Source of the DNA: an uncultured Nitrospinota bacterium | GTDB lineage: Bacteria > Tectomicrobia > Entotheonellia > J063 > CAVPRW01 | Direction: 5' to 3' | Length of the DNA: 64,000 nt | Assembly (NCBI GenBank): GCA_963707985.1 | Contig: CAVPRW010000002.1 | Span: 1 to 64,000 of the forward strand | In this document: in pieces, positions 21,133 to 31,303 of the stretch | Layout of the letters: every line of letters begins with the position of its first letter | How positions within the stretch are numbered: the stretch's first letter is position 1 | Position numbers and translations under genes: made by a program | Notes under the pieces: model-generated | Told to the model about the DNA's origin: nothing | Seen by the model: only the letters and a program-made list of their open reading frames with translations | Database searches by the model: none

Positions 21133-21624
21133 TCACTGGCCGGAAAGCCTTACCAGGAGTGGCACCACCTCGAGGTCTACGCCGAGCATCTCGTCAACTG
21201 GCAGGGCATGTAGCGGGCAGAAGAAAGCCGTCTCAACATCATCGCCGTTCCCCTGGGGCATGAGCGTTCCTCCGACCAGCCGCACTTCCCAGTGGGTGGC
21301 AATCAACTGTTGAACAGGATTTAGCCGGGCGCGATGCAGTTGATTGGTGGCCCACAGGACACGGACCGGCTCGACCTCCAGGCCGGTCTCCTCAACGAAC
21401 TCGCGGCGCAGAGCGTCCAACGGAGCCTCGCCCAGTTCGATGCCACCTCCCGGAAACCCCACGACGCCCAGAAAGGTTTTTGGCGCGCGCACGAGCAAGA
21501 CATGGTCATCCTGGATCAGTACCCCATAGATGGCCGGTCTAAACCGCTGCAGCCCTGTATTCGTCACATCCATACGATGATCCATGCTCTCGCCCCGTGA
21601 CTCGTAAGACTCGCCTACTCGCAT
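21133..21624 (-). CDS. NUDIX hydrolase
   Basis: Nudix box PGGGIELGEAPLDALRREFVEETGL; ATG abuts the upstream stop (alternative start 21585). Confidence 0.9.
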   Translation of the reverse strand: MRVGESYESRGESMDHRMDVTNTGLQRFRPAIYGVLIQDDHVLLVRAPKTFLGVVGFPGGGIELGEAPLDALRREFVEETGLEVEPVRVLWATNQLHRARLNPVQQLIATHWEVRLVGGTLMPQGNGDDVETAFFCPLHALPVDEMLGVDLEVVPLLVRLSGQ

Positions 21625-22776
21625 CTACGGTCCTTCATCCTTCGCGTGGCGCAGCGCCCGTGGAGGAAACTCTCGATACGGGTGCTTCGCCAGCTCTTCC
21701 TCGTTGAGCTCAAGCCCCAGGCCTGGCCCCGTTGGGAGGGTAATGTAGCTATTCTCGACGCGGAACGGCTTGACCGCGATCTCGCCGCCCCGGGCCTCGA
21801 AATTGACGAAATACTCGGTGATCAGGAAATTTGGCATACAGGCCGCCACCTGCAGTGTGGCCGCCAGGCCGATGGTCGTGCTGTTGTAGTTATGAGGTGA
21901 GACGACGACTAGGTATGGCTCTGCCATGGCGGCGATCTCTTTGAGCTCGAGGATGCCACCACAGTTACACACGTCGGGGTTGATGATGTCGGCCGCCTGT
22001 TTCTCGAAAATCGCACGAAACTCGGCCTTGGTATACAATTCCTCGCCGGTGACCACGGGCAGGCGAATCTCCCGCTTGCAGGCGGCCAGTTCATCCAGGC
22101 TGCGAGCCGACACCGGCTCTTCGAACCAGAACGGTTGGGACGCCTCCATCATGCGCGCGATGCGCACCGCATGCATGGGCGCCAAACGCCGATGCACCTC
22201 AACCAAGATGTCGATCTCAGGACCGACCGACTCGCGCACAGCCCGCACGTTCTCCACCGCCGCAAGCTCGGTTTTGCGGTCGATGTGCGTGCGCCAGGGG
22301 CCGGGGAAGGGGTCAAACTTCAGTGCGGTAAATCCATGCGCGACCGTCTCGGCGGCCTTCTTGGCGAGGACGTCCGGGGTCTTGGCGCCTTCGTACCAGC
22401 CGTTGGCGTAGACCCGGATCCTCTCACGACACGGCCCCCCCAAGAGATTGTAGACGGGGGTGTTCAGGTGTTTGCCGACGACGTCCCACAGGGCCTGTTC
22501 AATCCCGCTCAGCGCCGAGTAAAAATCCATGGCACCCCGTTTACCGGCGAAATCGTGGTACGCCATGTGGGTGAAATGTTTGATGTGCGAAGGATTGCGC
22601 CCGACTAGATAACGTCCCAGCTGCTGCACATGCGCGGCGATCGACTGGTCGCGGTCAGCCTGGGTGTAACATTCACCCCAGCCGGTGATCCCCGCATCGG
22701 TATCGACCTTCACGAATAGCCAGTTCTTTCCTGAGCCCGGGTCGACCAGTATGGGTTTGACGTGGGTCACCTGCAT
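21625..22776 (-). CDS. Mandelate racemase/enolase-superfamily dehydratase (galactonate dehydratase DgoD-like)
   Basis: FVKVDTDAGITGWGE, SGIEQALWD, LLGGPCRERIRVYAN, KFD, EVH, FEEP, TGE, PHN. Confidence 0.9.
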   Translation of the reverse strand: MQVTHVKPILVDPGSGKNWLFVKVDTDAGITGWGECYTQADRDQSIAAHVQQLGRYLVGRNPSHIKHFTHMAYHDFAGKRGAMDFYSALSGIEQALWDVVGKHLNTPVYNLLGGPCRERIRVYANGWYEGAKTPDVLAKKAAETVAHGFTALKFDPFPGPWRTHIDRKTELAAVENVRAVRESVGPEIDILVEVHRRLAPMHAVRIARMMEASQPFWFEEPVSARSLDELAACKREIRLPVVTGEELYTKAEFRAIFEKQAADIINPDVCNCGGILELKEIAAMAEPYLVVVSPHNYNSTTIGLAATLQVAACMPNFLITEYFVNFEARGGEIAVKPFRVENSYITLPTGPGLGLELNEEELAKHPYREFPPRALRHAKDEGP

Positions 22777-22799
22777 ATCGTTCTCCCGTCGTACCAGCG

Positions 22800-23261
22800 C
22801 TACGATGGGCCATTCCTTACATCGCGGACCGCCGTGACGATGTCGTCGACATCCAGCACCATTGTCATCAATGCCACATGCTCGTCGTAGATGGCCGGCG
22901 GAATCGCCGCCTTCACCTCGGGCTCCGTGATGTGGTAGACGTCCAACCCGAGTGGTATGCCTGCCAGGGCACCAGCCCAGGAAGGATCGCCCTCTTTGAC
23001 GGTGAGGGCATACAGACGGCTGCTCTCCGCGTTCGGCGTCCCCAACAGGACGACCAACTCATCCCGATGAAAGCGCTCGGCCACACGCTTGATCTCCTCT
23101 TGACCTTCCAGGTCAAGGGCACCGGCGGCTGTTCAGACGAAGCAATGAGTCATCTCCAGGACCACATCCGCCCCGGCGCTTTTAGCACATTCCGCCAGCG
23201 CTGTCCCTTGAATGCCATCACGCTCGCCAAGCGCGATGACTTTCTTGCCCTGCATATTCAT
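22800..23261 (-). CDS. grdA: Glycine/sarcosine/betaine reductase selenoprotein A (153 aa, Sec at codon 43)
   Basis: Manual translation from ATG 23261 (RBS GAGGAG) gives [66 protein letters not shown]..., in frame with ORF 22800..23084 ([27 protein letters not shown]). TGA at 23135-23133. Confidence 0.93.
23096..23132 (-). promoter_or_regulatory. Bacterial SECIS-like hairpin immediately 3' of the Sec UGA
   Basis: mRNA: UGA-ACAGCCGCCGGUGCC-CUUGACC-UGGAA-GGUCAAG-AGG; perfect 7-bp stem with a G-containing loop (23117-23099). Confidence 0.75.
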
Positions 23262-23359
23262 AATTGTCTCCTCAGCCTTCTCCCGTGAGTGTGCAGCCAC
23301 CGAACCCTGGCCACTGTAGCATGCTTTCGGCGTGGTGTGAAGAGCGTACGACCCTAGTG

Positions 23360-23971
23360 CTAGGTTCGCGGCGGCCCCAGATCGGGCAGGTCAAGTGTCG
23401 CCTGCAGATGGCTGAAAGTCTTGTCAGACCAGTATTTGGTGAGATTCTCGATGCTCATGAATGAGCGCGACAGCATGCGGTCGATATAAATGACGCCGTT
23501 CAAATGATCGATCTCATGCTGCAGAATCCTCGCATACCAGCCGCGAGCCTGCAGGACTGCCGGCTCGCCGCGCTCGTTGAGGCAGTCGACGCGCACCACA
23601 AGAGCACGTGGCACGAGGGCGGCGAAACCGTCTAAGCTCAAACAGCCCTCAAAGAACACCGCCGGGTCGTTCTGGAGGACGGTCAGCCGCGGATTGATAA
23701 TGACATGAAACGGGACCACGCTGCGGGCCCGCTCTTGCAGAATAGCTGGGGCGATACCCTCGAGATATTCCTCACGGTCCTCGATGACGGCGAGGCGCAG
23801 CGACTGTCCGATCTGCGGCGCAGCCAGTCCTACTCCCGGAGCTTCACGCATCGTGTCGCGCATCTGCTCGATCAAGCGCTGGATCGGGGCGCTGCGGATC
23901 TCCTCTGGGGTCAAGGGGCGCGCCCGCTGGCGCAGCACTGGCTCGCCGACCTGTCGAATATTTACCGCCAT
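23360..23971 (-). CDS. def: Peptide deformylase
   Basis: [24 protein letters not shown]. Confidence 0.95.
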   Translation of the reverse strand: MAVNIRQVGEPVLRQRARPLTPEEIRSAPIQRLIEQMRDTMREAPGVGLAAPQIGQSLRLAVIEDREEYLEGIAPAILQERARSVVPFHVIINPRLTVLQNDPAVFFEGCLSLDGFAALVPRALVVRVDCLNERGEPAVLQARGWYARILQHEIDHLNGVIYIDRMLSRSFMSIENLTKYWSDKTFSHLQATLDLPDLGPPRT

Positions 23972-24021
23972 AGAACTCGTCCTCCGCTCTGCCCTCCTGA
24001 ATCTATTGCCAATGTCTGACA

Positions 24022-24390
24022 TCAGGCCGGTGCCGCCCGTACTGGGGGTTCGATACCAGCCGCTAGTCGAGCCCTGGCCTCCGACAGCATGGCCTTCACC
24101 GGCGCGATTGAGGCGGCAATGGGTTCGGCATCGCTCTCAGCCACGAAGCTTAACCCCGTGAGACGTGCGAAATCCATCACCCACTGGGCATCCACGCCAC
24201 CTGTCGACGGCGGCGAGGTCGGTGACGCCGATGGGATGGGTCCTGGCTTGATCGGTGCACGCAGGCTGTCGTTGAGCGCTTCAATGCGTGCCAAGTGCGC
24301 TTGCACGATGTCGACCGGCGACACCGTGTGCTTGCGAATCAGCGGCGCCAGTTCGGCGGCTGAGAGAAAGCATAACTCACTTCTGTCCAC
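24022..24390 (-). pseudogene. Amidase (GatA-like) remnant with a large internal deletion
   Basis: The amidase N-terminus ELCFLSAAELAPLIR...SPVDIVQAHLARIEALN joins directly to a Pro-rich linker and short helical tail; amidase signature absent. Confidence 0.7.
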
Positions 24391-24597
24391 GGCCGTGCCT
24401 CCTTCTACGATCGCACCAGAGTTGCTAATCCGACGCTATTATATCCTACTTCTGACCGGCATGAAGATGTCATCCGCGGTTGGGCACAGACGTGCTAAGC
24501 TATGCAGACCAGAGGCAAGAGGGGCTTCGCCCACGCTGCTCGACCATAGCAGTTGGCAACGAGATCTCGTGAACATTCCTGATAAGGAGGGCCATCT

Positions 24598-25629
24598 GTG
24601 AACCCCAGCGTGCAACGATCGACCATGGCTGCATCGCAGTCTCCTCACCAGGTTCTGCTCTCTGAGGGCTCCACAACCCTCACGTCCGGAGAAGGTGGCG
24701 CAGCCGGGTCATCCACCCGTGGTTCGGCCCAGTGCGCCCAGATAGAGCTCATGCGTATGGGGTCTTTGAGCACGGGCAAGCGCGTCGCTGCCGGCAATAC
24801 CTTAGCCCAGCTCGGCGATCCGCGCTTTCGCCAGGATGCCTGGGATCTCCTCGATGAGGCATTGCTAGGTTTCGTCGAAATTCCACCTGGTCCCTTCTTG
24901 ATGGGCAGCGACCCAGCCCAAGATCCGAGCGCCTACCCCGACGAAATCCCACTACACGAAGTCATTCTGCCGCGTTATTACATCGGCCGCTACCCTGTGA
25001 CCGGCCGGCAATTTCGAGCGTTTATCGATCATGCCAGCCATAAACCCGAAAATGAGGGCAGCCTCTACGGCCCACCTAATCATCCGGTGGTGTGGCTGGG
25101 CTGGTCTGATGCCGTGAAGTACTGCGAGTGGCTGACGGCGCGCCTGCATGACTGGGGAGGCACACCAGAACCACTTGCCACCCTGCTGCGCCAGGGGGGC
25201 TGGTGCGTGACGCTACCGAGCGAGCCCGAATGGGAGAAGGCGGCGCGTGGAACCGATGGCCGCGCCTACCCTTGGGGGAACGAGCCCGACAATAACCGGG
25301 GAAATTTCGGTGGCACAGGTATCATGACGACCAGCGCCGTGGGGTGTTTTCCCGACGGCGCCAGCCCATACGGGATCGAAGACATGAGCGGCAACGTCTG
25401 GGAGTGGACGCGCAGCGTCTGGGGGGCCTATCCATATCCGACCGATCAGATGGGCCAAGCTGCGCGCGAGTACCTCGAGGTGCGTGAGGGGGTCCGACGA
25501 GTACGGCGTGGTGGTGCCTTCTTCAGCTCGCCACGTAGCGCGCGTTGCACGGTCCGGCTCGGCAGCGGGCCCTACCCGCACGGCGGCGGGATGGGCTGTC
25601 GGGTGGTGCTGCGGCCGGCACTTCTGTGA
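24598..25629 (+). CDS. Formylglycine-generating-enzyme/sulfatase-modifying (SUMF1/EgtB/PvdO) domain protein
   Basis: IPPGPFLMGS, IGRYPVT, HPVV..W.DA..YC.WL, LPSEPEWEKAARG, YGIEDMSGNVWEW, RGGAF, GCRVV. Confidence 0.88.
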   Translation: MNPSVQRSTMAASQSPHQVLLSEGSTTLTSGEGGAAGSSTRGSAQCAQIELMRMGSLSTGKRVAAGNTLAQLGDPRFRQDAWDLLDEALLGFVEIPPGPFLMGSDPAQDPSAYPDEIPLHEVILPRYYIGRYPVTGRQFRAFIDHASHKPENEGSLYGPPNHPVVWLGWSDAVKYCEWLTARLHDWGGTPEPLATLLRQGGWCVTLPSEPEWEKAARGTDGRAYPWGNEPDNNRGNFGGTGIMTTSAVGCFPDGASPYGIEDMSGNVWEWTRSVWGAYPYPTDQMGQAAREYLEVREGVRRVRRGGAFFSSPRSARCTVRLGSGPYPHGGGMGCRVVLRPALL

Positions 25630-25745
25630 CGGGAGATGCGGCGGGGGGCATCCGTGTGGCCGCGTACGACGTCTGCAATGGGTCAGACAGTTCTCCTCTC
25701 CTCCACGAATGCACAGCAGCTCATGAATTTTTTCGATCATGTATC

Positions 25746-25774
25746 TTGACAATGGTATACTCATGATTTATATT
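25746..25774 (+). promoter_or_regulatory. Sigma70-type promoter upstream of hsp20
   Basis: TTGACA-17 nt-TATATT, followed by RBS AAAGGAGG. Confidence 0.65.
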
Positions 25775-25806
25775 GTGCATCGTGACAATTCGAAAGGAGG
25801 CATACA

Positions 25807-26256
25807 ATGATGACCTTAGTACGCTGGCATCGCGCACCGGAAGTGCGTACAATACAAAATCAGATGAACCACCTGGTGAATGAGTTCTTCCGCGGTGGTA
25901 TGCGAGATGAGCGAGTTTGGAAGCAGAGTGGTTGGACCCCGGCGGTGGACATGTGTGAAAGCGATCAGGCATTCACGCTGACAGCCGAGCTCCCTGGGTT
26001 CTCGAAGGATGACGTGCAGGTCGAGCTTAAAGACAATCGGCTCACCTTGAAGGGGGAGCGCAAACGGGAGACCGACGTGCAGGAAAAGCAATATCGTCGG
26101 GTAGAGCGAGTCTACGGAGCTTTTGAGCGTTCCTTCAAGCTGGCTGCGGTGGTCGATGCTGACAAAGCCGAGGCCACCTTCAAGGATGGAGTGCTCAAGC
26201 TTACACTTCCCAAGACGGATGAGGCGAAGCCGAAGCCGATCAACATTACCGCCTAG
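25807..26256 (+). CDS. Hsp20/alpha-crystallin small heat-shock protein
   Basis: WTPAVDM.E, AELPG, LTLKGER, ERVYGAFERSF, ATFKDGVLKLTLPK. Confidence 0.96.
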   Translation: MMTLVRWHRAPEVRTIQNQMNHLVNEFFRGGMRDERVWKQSGWTPAVDMCESDQAFTLTAELPGFSKDDVQVELKDNRLTLKGERKRETDVQEKQYRRVERVYGAFERSFKLAAVVDADKAEATFKDGVLKLTLPKTDEAKPKPINITA

Positions 26257-26318
26257 CGCGTCAGCTACCCACTGGTCTGTGCCAGTGGGTGTGCAGCCAA
26301 TCTCTAGCCGTATATATA

Positions 26319-26357
26319 CAAGCACCCCCCACAGCAACCAGCTGTGGGGGGTGCTTG
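26319..26357. terminator. Perfect 17-bp hairpin between convergent transcription units
   Basis: CAAGCACCCCCCACAGC-AACCA-GCTGTGGGGGGTGCTTG. Confidence 0.65.
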
Positions 26358-26652
26358 ATGGGTTAGAACCTGGAATCAGCTCTTCGGACAACTCGGAGTC
26401 GAAAGGATGGTACTATGCATGTCGTGCCTGGACATGCCTATCGTGAAAGCGCTGATGCAGTGTTGGTAAGAGACAAGCGTGGTCAGCGCCTCCAGCCCGC
26501 ACAGAGGGAAGGTGATTGCTTGCCCATCAGTGAGTTGGGCTCGAAGGCGATCTATCAGGTGTGTGCCGAACGGTTCGTGGCGGTCACGCTCTCCAAGTAG
26601 TCAGTCCTCAGAACCCAGCTTGAGAGCTTGGGGGTGTAGAGCAGCGGGATAG

Positions 26653-27039
26653 TCAAGGGGTGTCAGGGCTCTGCCCGTAGAGAACATGCGCCAGCGCCGA
26701 TTGCACCTGATGTAGTGTAAACGGCTTGTAAAGACACTCCCAGGAACTGGTGGCTCTCACGCGCTGCTGTGTGGCTTCATCAATATATGCCGTCATAAAC
26801 ACCACTGGAATGGCCGCAGAGGCGTGAATGCGCTGGGCTGCCTCGACTCCGTCCATACTGCCTTGCAAGCGGATATCCATCAACACCACATCCGGGTGAA
26901 GCGCCAGGGCTTGCTGGATAGCCTCCGCCCCTGAGGCAGCCAACGCCACGACCGTATACCCCAGACGCGTCAGACGCCGCTGGAGGTCGGTAGCGATGAG
27001 GCGTTCATCTTCCACAATGAGAATTCGCGCTGCAGCCAT
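26653..27039 (-). CDS. Single-domain response regulator (receiver)
   Basis: ILIVEDE, PDVVLMDIRL, DGVEAA, FMTAY, KPF. Confidence 0.92.
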   Translation of the reverse strand: MAAARILIVEDERLIATDLQRRLTRLGYTVVALAASGAEAIQQALALHPDVVLMDIRLQGSMDGVEAAQRIHASAAIPVVFMTAYIDEATQQRVRATSSWECLYKPFTLHQVQSALAHVLYGQSPDTP

Positions 27040-27330
27040 AGTCGTCACCCCGAAACGATCCCCGGCGATGCTGGCGCTTCAGCGTATAGCAGGGTTCAAA
27101 TGCGTCCATGACTCCGCAGAACAAGCCTACCCCCACCGTGCGTGAGACGCTCGGAATCGCCCCTCCGTTCCCCTATTATCCGGGAAAGACAACCCTCAAC
27201 CCCCACAGAACGCTATGATTATACGGCATTGGCATCGATCGCCAATGGTTTCGAGCGGTTTTGCATGGAGACGAGGTGATCGTGCAGAAGATGATTGCTA
27301 CCTTATCGCCACCGTTCGACAAAGGAAGCG

Positions 27331-30300
27331 TTATGCCCCTCCAGGGGGGGCGGATGAGAATTGAATCGTGAACCTCGTCCCCTGCGAACGATCGACCTGC
27401 ACGCTGCCATTGAGTTGACTCACCTGGTCATACAGCAAATTCAAGCCGAGGGAGGGAGGTGGTGCGATATCGATGTCGCTGGTGGTGTTGGTGCCGTTAT
27501 CCTGGACTACCAGGAGCCAGCGATCCCCAGCTTCCGGTCGCAAAATCACCCTGATTCGCCCCGGCTGAGCTTCTAGGAAGGAGAATCTACAGGGCTCGGA
27601 GACCAACTCGGTGAGCATCAATCCGCACGCGATGGCCGTGTCGATATTCATCTCGCCCTCTGCCTGGAGGTCGACGGCAATGCGACCTTCCATGTCGTAC
27701 AGGCGAGCGAGATCTTTGACAAGACTTTGCAAATATGCGCGCATATCAATGCGGCTCAGATCCGCTGCGTCATACAGCCGTTGATGCACCAACAACATGG
27801 CTTGAACGCGTTGCTGGCCGCCCTGAAACAGGCTGCGTACAGCTGCGTCGGCAATCGTATCAGCCTGGAGCCCCAACAGCCTAGAGACGATTTGCAGGTT
27901 ATCTTTGACCCGATAGGAGACCTCCCTCCGCAACACCTCCTTTTCTCTGAGCGTGGCAGCGATCCGTGCTTCTGTCCGCCTGTCCTCGGTGATGTCTTCG
28001 ATGCCAAGGAGAATGATTCCCATTTCCTGTTCATCCCGCCGGATATGACGAGCATAGACGAGCACGGTCCTTTCCCCGATAGAGGGAAATTCATGGGTCA
28101 CGGTAAAATCTTGGAAGTCAGCGTTGAAGGGGACGATGTTGTCGAGCAGTTGCCGCAACTCGGGAATCTTCCAAAGTACGTTGCCTAGTCTGTAGACGAC
28201 CTGCTGCTCCGTCTCCTGCGCCGATGTCTGGAACATTGCGTAAAAGGCAGGGTTGGCCTTCAGGACGCGCAACTCTTGATCCAGGATGAGCAACGGACAT
28301 GGCGCATTCTGGACTACCATCTCAGCGAATTGCCGTGTAGTTTCACCTTCTGCCAAGAGGGAGGTGAGACGGTCGATGTTCTTATACGAGCTGACGTCGA
28401 TGAAGAGGAGCATCGCTCCTTCGATCCTGTTATCGGTGGTCTTGTACGGTCGAATCCGTAAAGAATACCAATGCCCGTTCCGGTCTTGCACTTCCCGCTC
28501 TTTGATACTGATATTATCGATGGCCTCTAAGATCAACTGGTCCAAGTCGGGAATGGGGATGTTGAGGTTGAGATGCCCGATCGGCCGTCCGACGTCCGTC
28601 GGGATGATACCGAGGGTGGTCTCGGCGGCAACGGTGAAGCGCCGGATGCGTAAATCACTGCCCAGCACGATGATTGGCAAGTTGGCACTGCTAAAGAGGT
28701 TATTGAGATCGTTATTGGCCTCCCCAAGCTCCTGATTGCGCTGCCGGAGCTCATCGTTCACCGTGCTCAGCTCTTCGTTCGTCGATTGAAGCTCCTCTTT
28801 GGCGGTCTCCAACTCTTCGTTAGTGCTCTGCAGCTCCTCATTACTGGAGAGGATCTCTTCGTTGGCGGATTTCAGCTCTTCGTTGGCCGATTCGTAGCGC
28901 TCGATGAGCGACTGCAAATATTGTTTGGTCGCCTCGAGCTCCTGGGCTAGCTGGTCGGTCCGCTCACGTCCGGCTTCCCGCCTGGCTCTGCCTACGGGAG
29001 GTGGCCTAAGTCCGGCTTCACCTCCAACTGGCGGGCTGATTTCTTCAAACAGGATGACAAAATGCTGAGGCAAGGGAGAGGGCAGCGGTAATGGTATGAC
29101 GCGGACTCTGACATTGAGCAACCTGCCTTCGAATCGCAGCTGGACACCCTCACGCATGACAGGTCCACGGCCATTTTGGGCTTGCGTCAGTGTCGAGCGC
29201 AAGTCCGTCAATAAACCCTCGCGTGCCATCTGTTGCAAATTCAGGCTTGCACGCCCTGGTGCGGGTCGCAGGTAGTGGCTCGTATCACCTCGAAATTGGA
29301 GGATATCCATCTCCTGATTGATCAAGACCCCGGCTGGCGCATAATGATTCAAGATGATGCGGTCGGCCTCGTTATAGATGTCCACGCTCCTGAACAGAGG
29401 CTCATCCCGCTGCCCAACGAGGACATTCGCCTCCGCCTGTTCCCTTGCTCGCAACGGAAAGGGAAACTCAACTGCAGGGCGCGCCGCCGTCAATTTCTTA
29501 GCGAAGATTTTTTGCCTTTTATTGACCTGCGTAAACAGATCGGAAAAGGTCCCGATGCTTTCCGAAATACCGAGGGCGAGGTAGCCCTGTGGATTCAAGG
29601 CGTAGTGAAACAGCGGGATGATTCTCTTTTGCATGGCTGGCTCGAGGTAAATGAGCACATTTCGGCAGCTAATCAGGTCGAGATTTGAGAACGGCGGATC
29701 CTGATTGAGATCATGCCTAGCAAAGGTGCAAAGGTCGCGAATGGTAGGCGAGATTTGATAGCTTTGATCAACCTTTGTGAAGAAACGTCGCAGACGTTCG
29801 GGTGCAATATCCAGCGCGATGTTCTCGAGATAGCGACCGGTTCGGGCCCTCGCCAGGGCAATGTCGTCGATATCGGTGGCAAAGAGCCGGATGGGCGTGT
29901 CAATAGCTCTGTCACCCAGGATCTCGAGCAGGCAAATGGCAATGGAATAGCATTCCTCTCCAGTGGCACACCCCGGCACCCAGATTCTGACAGGCATCTT
30001 CGCTGTCCGGTCACGCATGATGGCGGGAAAGACTTCGCTCTTAAGCACCTCGAAGGTTCCGGGATCGCGGAAAAACCCTGTCACCTTGATGAGCAGATCG
30101 TGGTAGAGGGCGTCCAGTTCTTCTGAATGCGCCTGGAGATACCGTATATAATCCGCCAGCGAGTCCATCTTACACAGCGTCATGCGCCGGGTGATGCGGC
30201 GTTGAATCGTGTTCTGCCTATAGCAGGTAAAATCGACACCGCTGGCAACCCGCAGCAACCGTAATAGCTGGTGCAAACCCTCCTGACCGGCGGATTCGAG

Positions 30301-31047
30301 TATGGGAGAGGGGTCAGCAGGGAGCCCCTCCCCCCGTCCCGAATCTGCGGAAAAGACATAGGGGTGTTGTGCGATGCGCCTCAGCTCCTGGGCGATACCC
30401 GCTGGCGGTAAGATGAAATCGATGCCCCCATGCATGATGGCGCTGTGTGGCATGCCCGGGAATGTAGCAGTTCGGTCATCCTGGACAAATGTGATGCCGC
30501 CCCGTTCCTTGATCTCGGCTAAACCTAACGCTCCGTCGGACCCAGCGCCGGAGAGAATGATGCCAATGGCTCGATTGCCGTGCTGCTGGGCGAGTGAGCG
30601 AAAGAAAATATCAATAGGCATGTGTAGCCCACGGGTCCCACTGCGCGCCGTGAGCACGAAGGTCATACCATTCATGATCATGTCGGCATCGGGAGGCATC
30701 ACGTAGATATGATTCGGTTTGATGGTCATTCCTCTTTGGACTAGCTGAACCGGCAGTTTGGTCACTCTGGATAGCAGCTCCGGGAGCAAAGTTGCATGGG
30801 TGGGGCTCAAGTGTTGCACCAGGACCAAGGCGAGGCCCGTTGTCACAGGAATATCTCGGAGCAACTGTGTGAAGGATTCCAACCCGCCGGCAGAGGCACC
30901 GATCCCTACAATGGGAAAGGCTGGAATGGGTGGCGATGTTTCAGGAGGAACTGTGGTTGGCTCTGTTGTTGGCAGGGGTAGGGGGCTACTCGCCTGCGGG
31001 GGTCGTTTCGGAGGTTGTCTCCCTCGTTTTTTCGGGCGCTCAGCCAT
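27331..31047 (-). CDS. CheB methylesterase-CheR methyltransferase-PAS-HisKA_2-like hybrid with a degenerate kinase module
   Basis: CheB GASAGG, QHLSP, SDG; CheR VTGFFRD, GCATGEE, ATDID, CRNVLIY; coiled coil EELQSTNEEL; PAS domains; C-terminal EVSYRVKDNLQ. Confidence 0.92.
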   Translation of the reverse strand: MAERPKKRGRQPPKRPPQASSPLPLPTTEPTTVPPETSPPIPAFPIVGIGASAGGLESFTQLLRDIPVTTGLALVLVQHLSPTHATLLPELLSRVTKLPVQLVQRGMTIKPNHIYVMPPDADMIMNGMTFVLTARSGTRGLHMPIDIFFRSLAQQHGNRAIGIILSGAGSDGALGLAEIKERGGITFVQDDRTATFPGMPHSAIMHGGIDFILPPAGIAQELRRIAQHPYVFSADSGRGEGLPADPSPILESAGQEGLHQLLRLLRVASGVDFTCYRQNTIQRRITRRMTLCKMDSLADYIRYLQAHSEELDALYHDLLIKVTGFFRDPGTFEVLKSEVFPAIMRDRTAKMPVRIWVPGCATGEECYSIAICLLEILGDRAIDTPIRLFATDIDDIALARARTGRYLENIALDIAPERLRRFFTKVDQSYQISPTIRDLCTFARHDLNQDPPFSNLDLISCRNVLIYLEPAMQKRIIPLFHYALNPQGYLALGISESIGTFSDLFTQVNKRQKIFAKKLTAARPAVEFPFPLRAREQAEANVLVGQRDEPLFRSVDIYNEADRIILNHYAPAGVLINQEMDILQFRGDTSHYLRPAPGRASLNLQQMAREGLLTDLRSTLTQAQNGRGPVMREGVQLRFEGRLLNVRVRVIPLPLPSPLPQHFVILFEEISPPVGGEAGLRPPPVGRARREAGRERTDQLAQELEATKQYLQSLIERYESANEELKSANEEILSSNEELQSTNEELETAKEELQSTNEELSTVNDELRQRNQELGEANNDLNNLFSSANLPIIVLGSDLRIRRFTVAAETTLGIIPTDVGRPIGHLNLNIPIPDLDQLILEAIDNISIKEREVQDRNGHWYSLRIRPYKTTDNRIEGAMLLFIDVSSYKNIDRLTSLLAEGETTRQFAEMVVQNAPCPLLILDQELRVLKANPAFYAMFQTSAQETEQQVVYRLGNVLWKIPELRQLLDNIVPFNADFQDFTVTHEFPSIGERTVLVYARHIRRDEQEMGIILLGIEDITEDRRTEARIAATLREKEVLRREVSYRVKDNLQIVSRLLGLQADTIADAAVRSLFQGGQQRVQAMLLVHQRLYDAADLSRIDMRAYLQSLVKDLARLYDMEGRIAVDLQAEGEMNIDTAIACGLMLTELVSEPCRFSFLEAQPGRIRVILRPEAGDRWLLVVQDNGTNTTSDIDIAPPPSLGLNLLYDQVSQLNGSVQVDRSQGTRFTIQFSSAPPGGA

Positions 31048-31303
31048 GATAGGCCCTCCGTGCCAGTGATCAGAATTAGCAGGCACCCTAGCGGCACTCG
31101 AAATGTTAGGATTACCTATGGCTGCTGCCTAGCTACCAATAAGGCGGATGATGCTCTGTAGTCTGGTTTTCTCTGTGGTGAGACCGCTTATATCATAGTT
31201 TACCTTGCCAAGACCATCCGTATTTTTCCAGGAACGGGCGCGGGCCGAAAGGCGGCGTACGGCAATTCGGGACTTAGCCGCGACGAGGAGTCGGCAGGCC
31301 AGA

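Noticed and set aside
28740..28900. Repeated GAAGAGCT../EELQSTNEEL units
   Set aside because: Standard heptad coiled coil of CheB/CheR hybrids, not a DNA repeat array or CRISPR.
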